Assembly: GCF_018350175.1 (NCBI RefSeq)
Contig: NC_058375.1
Location: 189,906,001 to 189,970,000 of the forward strand
Direction of reading: 5' to 3'
Source: Felis catus
Lineage: Eukaryota
Length of the DNA stretch: 64,000 nt
Of the stretch, positions 1-10,235 are shown one piece after another. The notes beneath the pieces are model-generated. The model searched no databases and was not told where the DNA came from. It saw nothing but the letters and a program-made list of their open reading frames with translations. The translations under genes were made by a program, and so were the position numbers. The first letter of the stretch is position 1. Each line of letters starts with the position of its first letter.

Positions 1-189
1 TCTCGTAGATAAATGGATGGAACAGGAATATGGTAGCCTGATGCAAGGTGACTTCCCAAAGGTTCAAGGAGAGGTAGAGAAGCGAATGCATGTGTAAATG
101 ACTCTCATGTTGGGAGAGGTGGGCAAGTCTGGTGGTACAGGCTCAGGTTTTCAGGGACAGCACGTAGCGATCACTTACGAAGGGGAACT

Positions 190-330
190 TTAATAATTTT
201 ATATAATCCTCACAATGGTCCTGTGAAGACCATGGTTTTACTGAAGAGGAATCTGAGTAGAAGAAAGATTACATGACTGGTCTGGAGTTCCAAGCAAGTG
301 ACAGAATGAAGATGTCTGTCCAGGCTCTTA
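190..330 (-). mobile_element. MIR fragment
   Basis: Degenerate MIR core (cctcacaa...gaggaatctgag...attacatgact); boundaries approximate. Confidence 0.45.
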
Positions 331-661
331 GCTTATCCCTTCCCTAGCTGCGTTCTGGAAACTTGGGTGCTGCAGTATGTTAATAAATGGTAGTGAGGAT
401 TTTGGGGGCACAGATAAATTTGGGGACCACAGAATGAAATTGTAGTGACTGCGGTTATGGTCAGTTTGCTGCAGAGCTGTTCAAAGACTCTAATATGCCA
501 GTGTGAATTGTGACTCTCCAAGAAGAGAATGTGTTTCCCCAGCTTACTTGAATGGAGATCCCTATCTTCCCAGAGCTTTCCTGGGAAACAGCCATGGCCC
601 TTGCTCAGCCTTCTACTCATATTGCCTACCTCCCTTCTAACTCCAAGATTTGGTCATTTCT

Positions 662-790
662 GGGGCACTTGGGTGGCTCAGTCCATCGGGCATCTGACTC
701 GATTTTGGTTCAGGTCATGATCCCATGATGCCAGTGTTGTGGGATCAAGCTGCATGTCAGGCTCCCTACTGAGTGTGGAGCCCACTTAAG

Positions 791-842
<52 letters not shown>

Positions 843-871
843 CCCCCGTCCCCGCTTGCTGTCTCTCTCTG

Positions 872-899
<28 letters not shown>
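662..899 (+). mobile_element. Can-SINE (older SINEC type)
   Basis: ggggcacttgggtggctcag head, (CT)n tract, A27 tail; imperfect TSD aagatttggtcatttc / aaggatttggtcttttc. Confidence 0.95.
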
Positions 900-903
<4 letters not shown>

Positions 904-984
904 TTGGTCTTTTCTAATCCTTCAAGTTTTAAGTTTAGTAACTAGGATCATTAGTGAAAACATAATCCCTGTTTAATCCTCTTG

Positions 985-1115
985 TGATTTAACAGTTATT
1001 TGTTAAACACGTATGATATGCTTGGAGCTCTGCTATATGCTGTGCCATACCACAAACCATGAAAAGGTTCCTGTTCTTGTGACAATATTACTACTGAGAG
1101 AAGCAACACAAACAA
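985..1115 (-). mobile_element. L2 3' fragment
   Basis: Resembles the reverse complement of the L2 3' end (ttatttgttaaacac...tatgctgtgcc). Confidence 0.4.
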
Positions 1116-1424
1116 TGACAATGACAACATGAGCCATACAGTACCGTGCTTTGTTTTTAGCGAAGTGCATTCAGAGCTTACCTCTCACTTGCTGCCTGAT
1201 GGGATGGATGCAGTGGTACTACTGGGCCCCATATGATGGGTTTCACAGGATGTAATCCTAAGGAGTCAGGTGAATCGCTCAGTCACATGGCTGGCCATCC
1301 ATCCGGGGTGTTTATTTGCAGCTTTCCCTCAACTTTCCGGTATGGTAGATTTCCTCTTTTCATACACATCTGAAACGATAGAAACTCTATCACGATGTTT
1401 ATAGAATGATGGAAGTAGAATGGA

Positions 1425-1530
1425 CCTGGGTGATTTTTAAAAGCCAATCTCCCATTTTACAGTTGAAGAAACTGAGGTCCGAGGAGGCTCAGCGATATGC
1501 CTAAGGGCCCCCCCTGCCATGCGCTTACGA
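1425..1530 (-). mobile_element. MIR fragment
   Basis: MIR core cccattttacagttgaagaaactgagg. Confidence 0.6.
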
Positions 1531-3549
1531 GCACAACGATAAGAAATGGCTCTCTGCTATCTACCATGCACAAATCATCTCTGATTTTTAATTCTACCAC
1601 CGTTTCGTGAAAAGTACATTCGTTTTATCCCCGCCTTAGTATTGGGCCTGCACCCACTCAGACGTCTGTTTGTTTCTGTCATCACTATCCTGAGTGGGTC
1701 TTGTTTATTCCTCTATTGTTTGAGGAGCTTTGGAAAGGAGTGAAACTGTTAAGTCTTTACACTGGCAGTGATCTTTAAGACCCATAAAAGATTAATTACC
1801 AAGGGAACCTATAACTTTGCATGATCAAACTAAAAATTCTATTTTTATGGCTGCCTGTGTTTTATCCTCTATAAATTTTATAATAATGATTAGGCTCAGA
1901 GTCTGAACATAATTTACATACATCAACACGTCTCACACTGTCCTTATAGCCAGTGAAACACCTGCAGCAAATACGAGCAAGCAGAAAGCTCCCAAGCTCT
2001 CCGAGGCGTTGATCAATTCAAGCTCTCGAAGGAAAAGAGACACACACACTGAGACAGAGAGAGACGGGGAGAGTCTGACCGGGCTGGGGGCTCCTGTAAC
2101 CACCGTCGTGTGGCCTGCAGTGTTCACACAGGAACAGTGCCTTCTGCACTTGTCAGAAATACACTTACTTCGGCTTTTTCATCCCTTCCCAAGGTGATCA
2201 GCCTTATTTCCCAGAAATGCTTTTTCTCTTCCACTGACCAGAAACTCTTTAGAAGTGTCAGCACAGGAAAGACTTTAGAGAATGTGGCTATTTAACACGA
2301 CTGGTTTCTCCCACCCGTGCCCAGAATATGTTCCAGTCTATAGATAGATGCGGCGCATGTCCCCTGAGTCCCTGCAGCACCTCCCTCTCCTCTAGCCTCC
2401 CACTTACTCTACCTTGGATTGATTTTGCCTCCTAGCGAAGAGCTAAAGGTTATCAGGCAGGGATTTAAGTCCGGGCACGCTAGCAGACGTGTACCAAGGC
2501 AACGGCAGCTGCAAATAGCGTATGGTACAAGCTTTCAGGGTAAACATCAATTTCTCCAATTTGCTATAGCCTGAGAACCTTATAAGCCTAGCGAATGAAT
2601 TGTGAGTGTGGGTTTTGTGCTGGATGGATGGAGCAGGCTTGTTTCTATAAAGCTCTGTTAATGTACACTGAGTCCTCAGCTTAAATATCATGAAGGAGTA
2701 AGAAGTCACAGCTGTTTCATTCGCCACCCTCTTTACCTGTGCCAGTTTCAATCTTCTTGGACAAAGGCTGCCTTGGCGATCTCTCACCTGGATTCGGTTT
2801 CATTCTGATGGGAGAGGAGGCCAGAGCTCGTCCCCAGACACCAGGGCTCACCCTTCATCTCTCTGCTTATTGAACCCCCATCTCCATCTTCAAATGCACC
2901 ACCTACCTGGCCTTCAGCTCAATATATGCTTTTGAATTTTTAAAAGTTTATTTTAAAACTGTGTACGTGCAGTTTAAATCATCCATGTCATTTCATGAAG
3001 GACTTTTTAACCTATATCATTTACTCTGGTTTAACAAATTTTCCAAAACTTTCCAGCACACATAACAAACTTTGATACTGACTTAAATACCTTCATTTAA
3101 GTTGACAAATACATTTTTTCCCTTCCAAGTATGGATGGTTTACAACTTCACCAATTGGCCGCTAATTTGGTTTTCTGAGAAACTGTATAGGACTTACTTT
3201 ATGTTCACTAAATATGGTTGTAAGAGAAAGTGAAATTCCGATAACCACACGTATTGAAAATAAACACTGTGCAAGTACTTGGATGCAATTGAATAAGAAA
3301 ATGTGCACTTTGGATAAAAACACATAATTTTATGTATTGAAATCATTGTGTCCAAATCTGGGTTAAAAGAAGGTAGCGTAAGGTGTAATTCAATAGGGAC
3401 CCCGAGACCCATTATAATGATTCGTGTTCGAGTGTTTCCTCAGCTCTTCCCATTCTTTCTCAGAGAACATCCATGAACTCCTCCCTATGCTATGAAATAT
3501 TTCCTGTTTCTATGAGATGCTCTATTTACCATAACAGGCGCTGAGGTCT

Positions 3550-3745
3550 TTCCGTGTGCTAGGCACTATGTTAAATGCTTTACACGGACCGTCTTGTTTA
3601 ATACCTACGCTTTTAAGAAACAGGTAGAATTATCACTCCCATTTTCTAGATGAGGAAACTAAGGCCAAAGTGAAATCGCTAGGCCAAAGTCATAGCACTG
3701 GTGAGTGCTGCAGTTTAGATCCACACTCAACCTAAACCCATTCAG
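3550..3745 (-). mobile_element. MIR
   Basis: gtgctaggcactatgttaaatgctttac...cccattttctagatgaggaaactaagg. Confidence 0.7.
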
Positions 3746-5668
3746 AACTTTCCTGTTTGTATCTGGACTTTTACATTGGACACAGCTTCCCCAGAGCTGG
3801 GCGTTCATTATGCGCCTTTGTTTCCCCCTGTGTGCCCAGAACACCCAAATATTTGTTAATTTTAAAGGGCCAAAGCAATTCCAGGAAAAGCCAGAATAAC
3901 AATATAAAACCAGCAGGCCTAGAAATACAATTCTCCCAAAGGAGATCGAGCTCTTCTTCCTGATCATGTTAAAAGACTAGAATCCGATCATTTGGTTTAA
4001 GGACAACCTTAAATAAAAGTCTCATTAATCAGAATGAGTCTTCCCACAATAATGAGCCCTGGATTGAATTTTAGAACCCTCTTTATGCTTTGTTAATAAC
4101 AAAGCTGTTATAAAAATAATTTGATAAGACAGACCGTTGCAATGGTGTCACTTAGCTGTAAAAAGGGTTCCTTAGCCTGGTGTCTGAGCATACCCAACTT
4201 ACGTAATGCTAACATAATGGATTATGCATATTGGATCGGGTTAAAAAGGAAACCCAGTGAAGTATTACAGCAATTTAAAAAATATATATCAGGGCTTGTT
4301 CAGCACAGATATTTAAAATTTAAACCTGTTTAAATATTCAACTGAAACTAAAATAAAATTCTGAAAAATGGCATTCAATAGAAAAGCTCCATTAAGAATA
4401 AAAATGCTTTTCCAAACCCATTTAGTTCTAATGGAAACCCATCGAATGACGTTCTCATTGTTACCGCGCCAGCCAAGGGAAAAATTACACATAGGTTTCG
4501 GTAGGAGGAAATCCGCTGGACTTCTTGTGGCGCAAGCCTCCCTTGGAAAAGTCAGAGAAAAGAGATGCTTCAGACCAACCCTCAGATCAGGCCACGATTT
4601 GTTTAAAATGGTCTGGAGCTTTCTTAAATAGCATCTTCTCATTTGTCCCCTTGCTTCAGTGAAACCTCATTATACGTCCACACCAGATGTAATCCTAAAA
4701 AGAAAAAAAATTGGCACTTCTTGCTGCGATATCAGGATACTGACCAATTTGCCTCCTGAGAGCCAAGCTTTATTTCTCCGATAAACATCCTGCAGGATGT
4801 TTTTATTCAATTAATTGGAATGATTGCTTACACAGAAATGTACCGCTTTATCAAGGTCTGCTTGAATATCAGGCTTGGGCTGAGCCCCAGCATTTTTGTT
4901 CCTGAGTTCTCCTAACAGCAAATGCATGTGGATTTTGCAACACAATTAAAACAATCAGCAGGAATTAGCCGGTTTGATGCCTCCACTCAAATAGCAAACA
5001 CAGAGAGGTAAATAGGGAAATGTATGTGTACGTGAAAGAAGGCTTCCAGAGATGGAGGGAAGGCTTTTAGGAGACATAAAATGGAAGGTATTATGGGAAG
5101 AAATATAGGATAATATAAACAGAGTCTCTAATCCTGAGGACTGTAAATCCCTTTTCCTTAATTGGTTTAGAAACTGTGGTCTGTAACGTGAGACGGAGGG
5201 CTCTGGCTGCCTTTCTTCTTTGCTGCCCGGAATCACATTAAGTGGAAAACAATAGTGGGGCTGACAGCTCCCTTTCTGTGGGGCATTTACAGCTAATGTG
5301 CTATTGAGACTAATACAATTACACGGGATTAGCATGCTGCCAACCCGGCTCAGATTGGAGGATTCTCTTCTAGGTGGAGGGACCTGGGCTCTCTCGGAGG
5401 AAGGTCTGGAGGTCTGAGAGGGGTAGTGCATCAAGTGTACATTTCTCCTAATTATTCTAAAATCCAGGCGAGTAACCATGACTTTGTGATTTACTCAAGA
5501 TCTTGATTATGAATTCTAATCCAAACAAAATCCTAGTTGGAGTTTTTCATTGGTGCTTTATGCTAGTTGGCTTGTTTTTAAAGATTCATAATAAATCTAG
5601 AAACTTCCTGCTGGGACTACACCTTTCCACTTGTTCTCCGTGTGTGCTTTACTTCTGTTTCCCAAGAT

Positions 5669-5707
5669 GGGGCGGGGGTGGGGGGTGGGGGGGGGAGGCG
5701 GGAGGGG
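5669..5707 (+). other. G-quadruplex-forming motif
   Basis: G4-c-G5-t-G6-t-G9-aggc-G3-a-G4: at least four G-runs with 1-nt loops. Confidence 0.7.
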
Positions 5708-5917
5708 ACCTGTATTTAGGAATTCAGGAATCACTACTGCTCAGATCATCATTCCCTGGTATCCACTTGCATTCTCTTGGCAAACCTGAGCTGACAGATA
5801 ACACTGGGGTTTTTACAAAATGACTACAGAAATCTACTGTACCTACATGGTAGATTTTACAGAATGACTAGAAATCTGCTACGATGACTATAGAATTAAA
5901 CTAATTCAAGGTTTTCT

Positions 5918-6049
5918 TTCTTTCTTTTTAAATAAATATATACATCCATGTTTGTTTGTTTGTTTATGTCTACACCCAACATGGGGCTCAAACTTACAAC
6001 CCCAAGATCAAGAGTCACATGCTCTACGACTGAGGTAGCCAGGTGCCCC
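5918..6049 (-). mobile_element. Short old Can-SINE (SINEC_c-like)
   Basis: Reverse-complement head gtagccaggtgcccc, B-box-like ggggctcaaact; TSD taattcaaggttttct / taattcagggttctct. Confidence 0.8.
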
Positions 6050-6171
6050 TAATTCAGGGTTCTCTTAAGTATCCCTGGGAACCTGACGTTGGTCTCACGC
6101 TACACAAAGGAAAGCTGTTTATCAAGGGAATAAATGAGAAGGACACAGTGTTTTGGAAAAATAACTTTTTT

Positions 6172-6835
6172 TTTAAAATTTTTTTTCCCTCAACGTTTAT
6201 TTATTTTTGGGACAGAGAGAGACAGAGCATGAACGGGGGAGGGGCAGAGAGAGAGGGAGACACAGAATCGGAAACAGGCTCCAGGCTCTGAGCCATCAGC
6301 CCAGAGCCTGACGCGGGGCTCGAACTCACGGACCACGAGATAGTGACCTGGCTGTGAGAAGTCGCAGCCCCCACCTTTCCCACCACAAGACAGGTTGCTA
6401 CAAAAATAACCGCCTCCATTCCGCTTCTGTAAAACTGCTTGCGCACCCCACCCTAGCCGGAGGGTCCCCAGCCGCTTCGCAACCCGGGCCCCAAGTTGCA
6501 TCAGCTGAGTTGCATCAGCCGAAAGAAACTGCATTTCCCAAGTGTCCCCAGGACAAAATTACCCCCACCCCTAGCCACCACCGAAAAGAGAGCCTATCGC
6601 CAACCTGTATGCAAATGTAGCCCAAATGCTATAAAAGACCTGTAACCCCGCTTTTCGAGGCTCTCCCGCTTTCCAACACTGGGGAGCCCTGGTGCACCAG
6701 TAAAGACTCTCTGCCGACGTCGGAGTGCCGTGTGGTTCTTTGCGCCAACTCTCATTTCATAGGGCCTAGGAGCTTGGTTCCTAACAGCTGAAGTCGGACG
6801 CTTAACCGACTGCGCCACCCAGGCGCCCCCCCCCC
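6172..6835 (-). mobile_element. Young SINEC_Fc-type Can-SINE interrupted by a solo LTR
   Basis: Removing 6355-6790 restores gtgacctggctgaagtcggacg as in the intact copies at 42969 and 46566; CpGs largely retained. Confidence 0.97.
6355..6786 (+). mobile_element. Solo LTR, RD-114/ERV-DC (feline endogenous gammaretrovirus) group
   Basis: 432 bp with TG...CA ends and 4-bp TSD GCTG (6351-6354, 6787-6790). Octamer ATGCAAAT 6609-6616, TATAAAA 6630-6636, AGTAAA poly(A) signal 6699-6704. R/U5 (ggggagccctggtgcaccagtaaagactctctgccgacgtcggagtgccg...cctaaca) matches my recollection of the RD-114 LTR. Confidence 0.9.
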
Positions 6836-6885
6836 TTTTTTTTTTAATTTTTTTTTTTCTCAACGTTTATTTATTTTTGGGACAG
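6836..6885 (-). mobile_element. Extra Can-SINE 3' tail fragment fused to the SINE head
   Basis: The 27 bp ctcaacgtttatttatttttgggacag at 6859-6885 is identical to 6189-6215. It lies inside the 17-bp TSD ggaaaaataactttttt (6155-6171, 6886-6902). Confidence 0.9.
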
Positions 6886-7939
6886 GGAAAAATAACTTTT
6901 TTAAAAACACCGCCCATTTCCTCCTTAGGCACCTTAAAACTATCTCCAAGAAAATGAGCATAGCTACATGTTGTTAGCTATCCAGTGCTATGTTTCTCTA
7001 TCATTCAGTAACTAGTTCCAACTATTTTTATTCTTATAATTAAAAAAAAATAGCAAATATGACATGCTTGTTACATCCCCAGCATGGTGCAACAATACTT
7101 TTCTAATTTAATTCCAAAGCTGTCAGTCCTAAATAAGTGCCCCTAGTGAATGCTTTAGTTCCCCCATCTATATGGTCTATTCAGATGATCACTCCATTTT
7201 GAGCAGCTTTCTCAAGATCAGAGTTATCGGTCTGATGGTCCAGAAATGTCGAAGAACCTTTGGTCTGACACTCTTTTCGGTGATGGTATTTTCTTCAAAA
7301 GGCCCATGTTTCAATGCAAATGTGACCATTTGAAAGTTAACTGAATGTTACAATTTGTCTCTGAATGTGAGGCCTAAAATGAACACGATTCTGGTGCCTC
7401 TGATGCAGGTGTGGGAAGTAGGGAAAGGAAGAAGAAAAGTCTAATAAGACAAGGTAAAGACAGACATGAAGGGTTTCACATGTTAATTAATATGAATTTT
7501 ACCCAGTTCTGAGAAAGATAGCAAAAGGACTCTTTTTGGCTTGCTTTTGATTTAGTGCTCTCGCTTGTACCCGGCTTGTGCATCATACAGAGAAGTCTGG
7601 AGTCCCTTCTTCAGGTCTGGAAGGGAGCATTCCTTCAGTTCTTCAAGGGAGGGACTCCTTTCTCCCTTTCCTCCAAAGGCCTGGTTCGCGGAGGGGGGCA
7701 ACACTGATGCCAGGCATCTTACATCAAAGCCGACGATGCGCAGGCCAGTCCTAACTGGGGAAGAATGAAATATTCATTTGGTTGGTTGGCGAGAAACCCA
7801 TGACTTAGAAAGTTGAAGTCGTTTGTGCACAGACTGGGCCTGAATTCCAGTGATTCTCTTTTCCTTCCTTCCACACCACACACGGTTCTGTGCTGTTTCC
7901 CACCACCATCACCACCCCTGTGACCACTATCTGTGAAAG

Positions 7940-8176
7940 CCCTGTTCTGTGCCAGGCGCTGGGCTAATCACCTGCACACATTGTCTCCTACATGCATCGC
8001 AACAACCCTGCGAGGCAGGTAGGTATTTTTATGCCCACTTTGTAGAAAAGAAAACTGAGTTTCAGAGAAGTTTCAGTGACTTGCCTGAAGCCATGCCTCC
8101 AGAAATGTCAAATTCAGGGTTCCAACTCAAGACTTTGTCAAACTGGAACTTATCCTTTCCATTACATCGTGATACC
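7940..8176 (-). mobile_element. MIR
   Basis: tgtgccaggcgctggg...aaccctgcgaggcaggta...aaactgagtttcagagaagtttcagtgacttgcc. Confidence 0.7.
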
Positions 8177-8178
8177 TT

Positions 8179-8384
8179 AAAAAAAAATTTTTTTTAATGT
8201 TTGCTTATGTTTTTGAGAGAGACAGAGTGTGAGTAGGGGAGGGACAGAGACAAAGAATCTGAAGCAGGCTCTAGGCTCCAAGCCATCAGCACAGAGCCGG
8301 GTGCAGGGCTCCGACCCACAAACCGTGAGATCATGACCTGAGCTGATGTCGGATGCTCAACCGACTGAGCCACCCAAGTGCCCC
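8179..8384 (-). mobile_element. Can-SINE (SINEC_Fc2-like)
   Basis: Full head and tail; TSD atcgtgatacctt (8166-8178) / atcgcgatacctt (8385-8397). Confidence 0.95.
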
Positions 8385-8424
8385 ATCGCGATACCTTTTT
8401 AGCTATTATACGACTGGTAGGAAT

Positions 8425-9034
8425 GTGTGATGCTGTGTCTGTGGGTTTGCCACACCCAGAATCAATTCCTTTGAGTGCTCATTGGGGAATCCTAATCCCT
8501 GCCTCAGGAATAGGCACATGACCAAATCTTATCAAAAAAGTGTTTGTCCCCTGGCCACAGTGACTGACAGGGCCAGCTTTATGGGCCTGAGACCTGTGTG
8601 GTCTCACAGGACCCTGACCTCAGAAAGGTCCCACCCTTGATTAAATGTGCAGTGGTTGCCATCTTGAAATTCTTAGTAATTTTTTAACAAGGGGCCTTAC
8701 ATTTTCATTTTGCATTGGGCCCCACAGATTGTGTTTTCGGTCCTGGTAATTGGTCTCGTCCTAGCACATAAAGCAACAATCTACACCAATGAGGCTCGAT
8801 TCCAGAACTTTGCTGGACTTTTTGAGAAAGTTCTACTTTCTACTGAAGTGGTAAGTCTGGAGCTTCTGGAGGCCATGATGTGCACAATCTGCCTGAGAAT
8901 GAAGCCAGAGGAGAGCAGAACTGCGGGTGTCTTGACTAAATCGCTGGAGTTCCTGGGCCTAACCCATTCCCCTACTATTTTTTGCCTAAGTCAGTTCAGG
9001 CTAGGTGTTTCTGCAACCCCCAAAAGCTCTAACT
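8425..9034 (+). mobile_element. MaLR LTR (MLT1J/K/L-like), interrupted by MER91A
   Basis: ggcacatgaccaa...ctggccacagtga...gagaatgaagcc...tgcctaagtcagtt...ctctaacta. Confidence 0.55.
8568..8745. mobile_element. MER91A-like hAT-Tip100 MITE
   Basis: cagggcc...ggtcctg termini, internal ccatcttgaaattcttagtaatttt...cattttcattttgcattgggcccc; decayed 8-bp TSD gtgactga / gtaattgg. Confidence 0.8.
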
Positions 9035-9039
9035 AGTGC

Positions 9040-9450
9040 TGTTGCAGACTGTCTTCTCCAGAGAAGTACTGAGGCAGGGTTTAGGGTATAGGATGTTTAT
9101 TAGGATACATTTGTAAAGGGAGGGGGAAGAAGCAGGGTTGGGTGGAGGAAGAGGTCAAACTTCTGCCTCTTGCAGGCCCAGTGAAGCCTCAGCCAACCTG
9201 ACAGTGAGCTCTGGATAGAATATTGCTTGTCAGAGGTATCCCATGTCAGGTCAAGGTGGCCAGGACTTCACAGCCTGACTGCTCAGTCTCCAGATGGAGC
9301 TGTCCCAGGAAAGGTATGGATCTGAATGAGGCAGTTCTCTACAGCTAAGGCAGAGCCTGAAGGAGCTGACAGCTCAGATATGTCTGCTGACCTCACTCCC
9401 TGTAGCCGGGCAGCAAGTCCTTCTTTAGAGAGGTCACTGTGCCTGTGTCT
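9040..9450 (-). mobile_element. ERVL-class LTR (LTR16/LTR33 group)
   Basis: gtttattagg...gaagcagggttggg...gcctcagccaacc...gagctctgg...cagctaaggca...ctgacagct, recalled pattern. Confidence 0.55.
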
Positions 9451-9459
9451 TCGCTTCAG

Positions 9460-9700
9460 TTCTCCAAAAATCAGAACCCGAGACAAAAGTTTATACGCAC
9501 TGTTGTATAAAGGAGTATAGTCCTAGAGAAGCAGAAACTGGGGATGGGGGAAGAGTGAGGCAAGAAAGAAAGGATGGCCAACAAGAAGGTGTATTATGGA
9601 GCTGGTCTCTATTTGGAACCAAACACAACTCATGCGCATCTGATTATGTCCCAGGACAGTCCATCATGGGGGAGGAAGAAGAAAGAGCGTTCATAGATGA
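9460..9700 (-). mobile_element. ERVL-class LTR fragment
   Basis: ttctccaaaaatcagaacccgagacaa...gagtgaggcaagaaagaaagg resembles an LTR16-group end. Confidence 0.4.
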
Positions 9701-10018
9701 CCCTCTGCTTTGGACAGCAGGAAGAGGCATTTAGTGTCTCCGAAGTGGCTTTATAAAAGGTGCAAATTCCAGGTGCTGGGATTACTGAAAGGTAAACTTG
9801 AAATTCTCTTGCCCTCACCTTCATCACCTAGCTGGGAAGAGGGAACACACAGCAAAAATAAAAAGGTGACATAGGCTAAACAGGCAGTCGGTGCAAACTA
9901 ATGGCGTTCACAATACGCTCTGTGGTACCTCTGAAAAGCAATGGTTGTAAGATACTAGAGTAGTGGGCTATTTACTTAGAGGTGGGACAAGGGCTGAACC
10001 TTTAAGTCACAACTTTTC

Positions 10019-10235
10019 GGGGGCGCCTGGGTGGCGCAGTCGGTTAAGTGCCCGACTTCAGCCAGGTCACGATCTCGCAGTCCGGGAGTTCGAGCCCCGC
10101 GTCAGGCTCTGGGCTGATGGCTTGGAGCCTGGAGCCTGTTTCCGATTCTGTGTCTCCCTCTCTCTCTGCCCCTCCCCTGTTCATGCTCTGTCTCTCTCTG
10201 TCCCAAAAATAAATAAAAACTTTGAAAAAAAAAAA
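10019..10235 (+). mobile_element. Young SINEC_Fc-type Can-SINE
   Basis: Perfect 18-bp TSD tttaagtcacaacttttc (10001-10018, 10236-10253); diagnostic gacttcagccaggtcacg. Confidence 0.97.

Noticed and set aside
1250-4697. Shared 12-mer gatgtaatccta (contains TAATCC) at about 1250 and 4686
   Set aside because: Many 12-mer matches are expected by chance in 64 kb.
4781-4792. Resemblance of taaacatcct to miR-30
   Set aside because: It lacks the TGTAAAC 5' end, the rest of the mature sequence and a pre-miRNA hairpin.
4955-5479. 174-aa minus-strand ORF
   Set aside because: No recognisable homology or codon bias; Ser/Pro/Leu-rich composition typical of chance ORFs.
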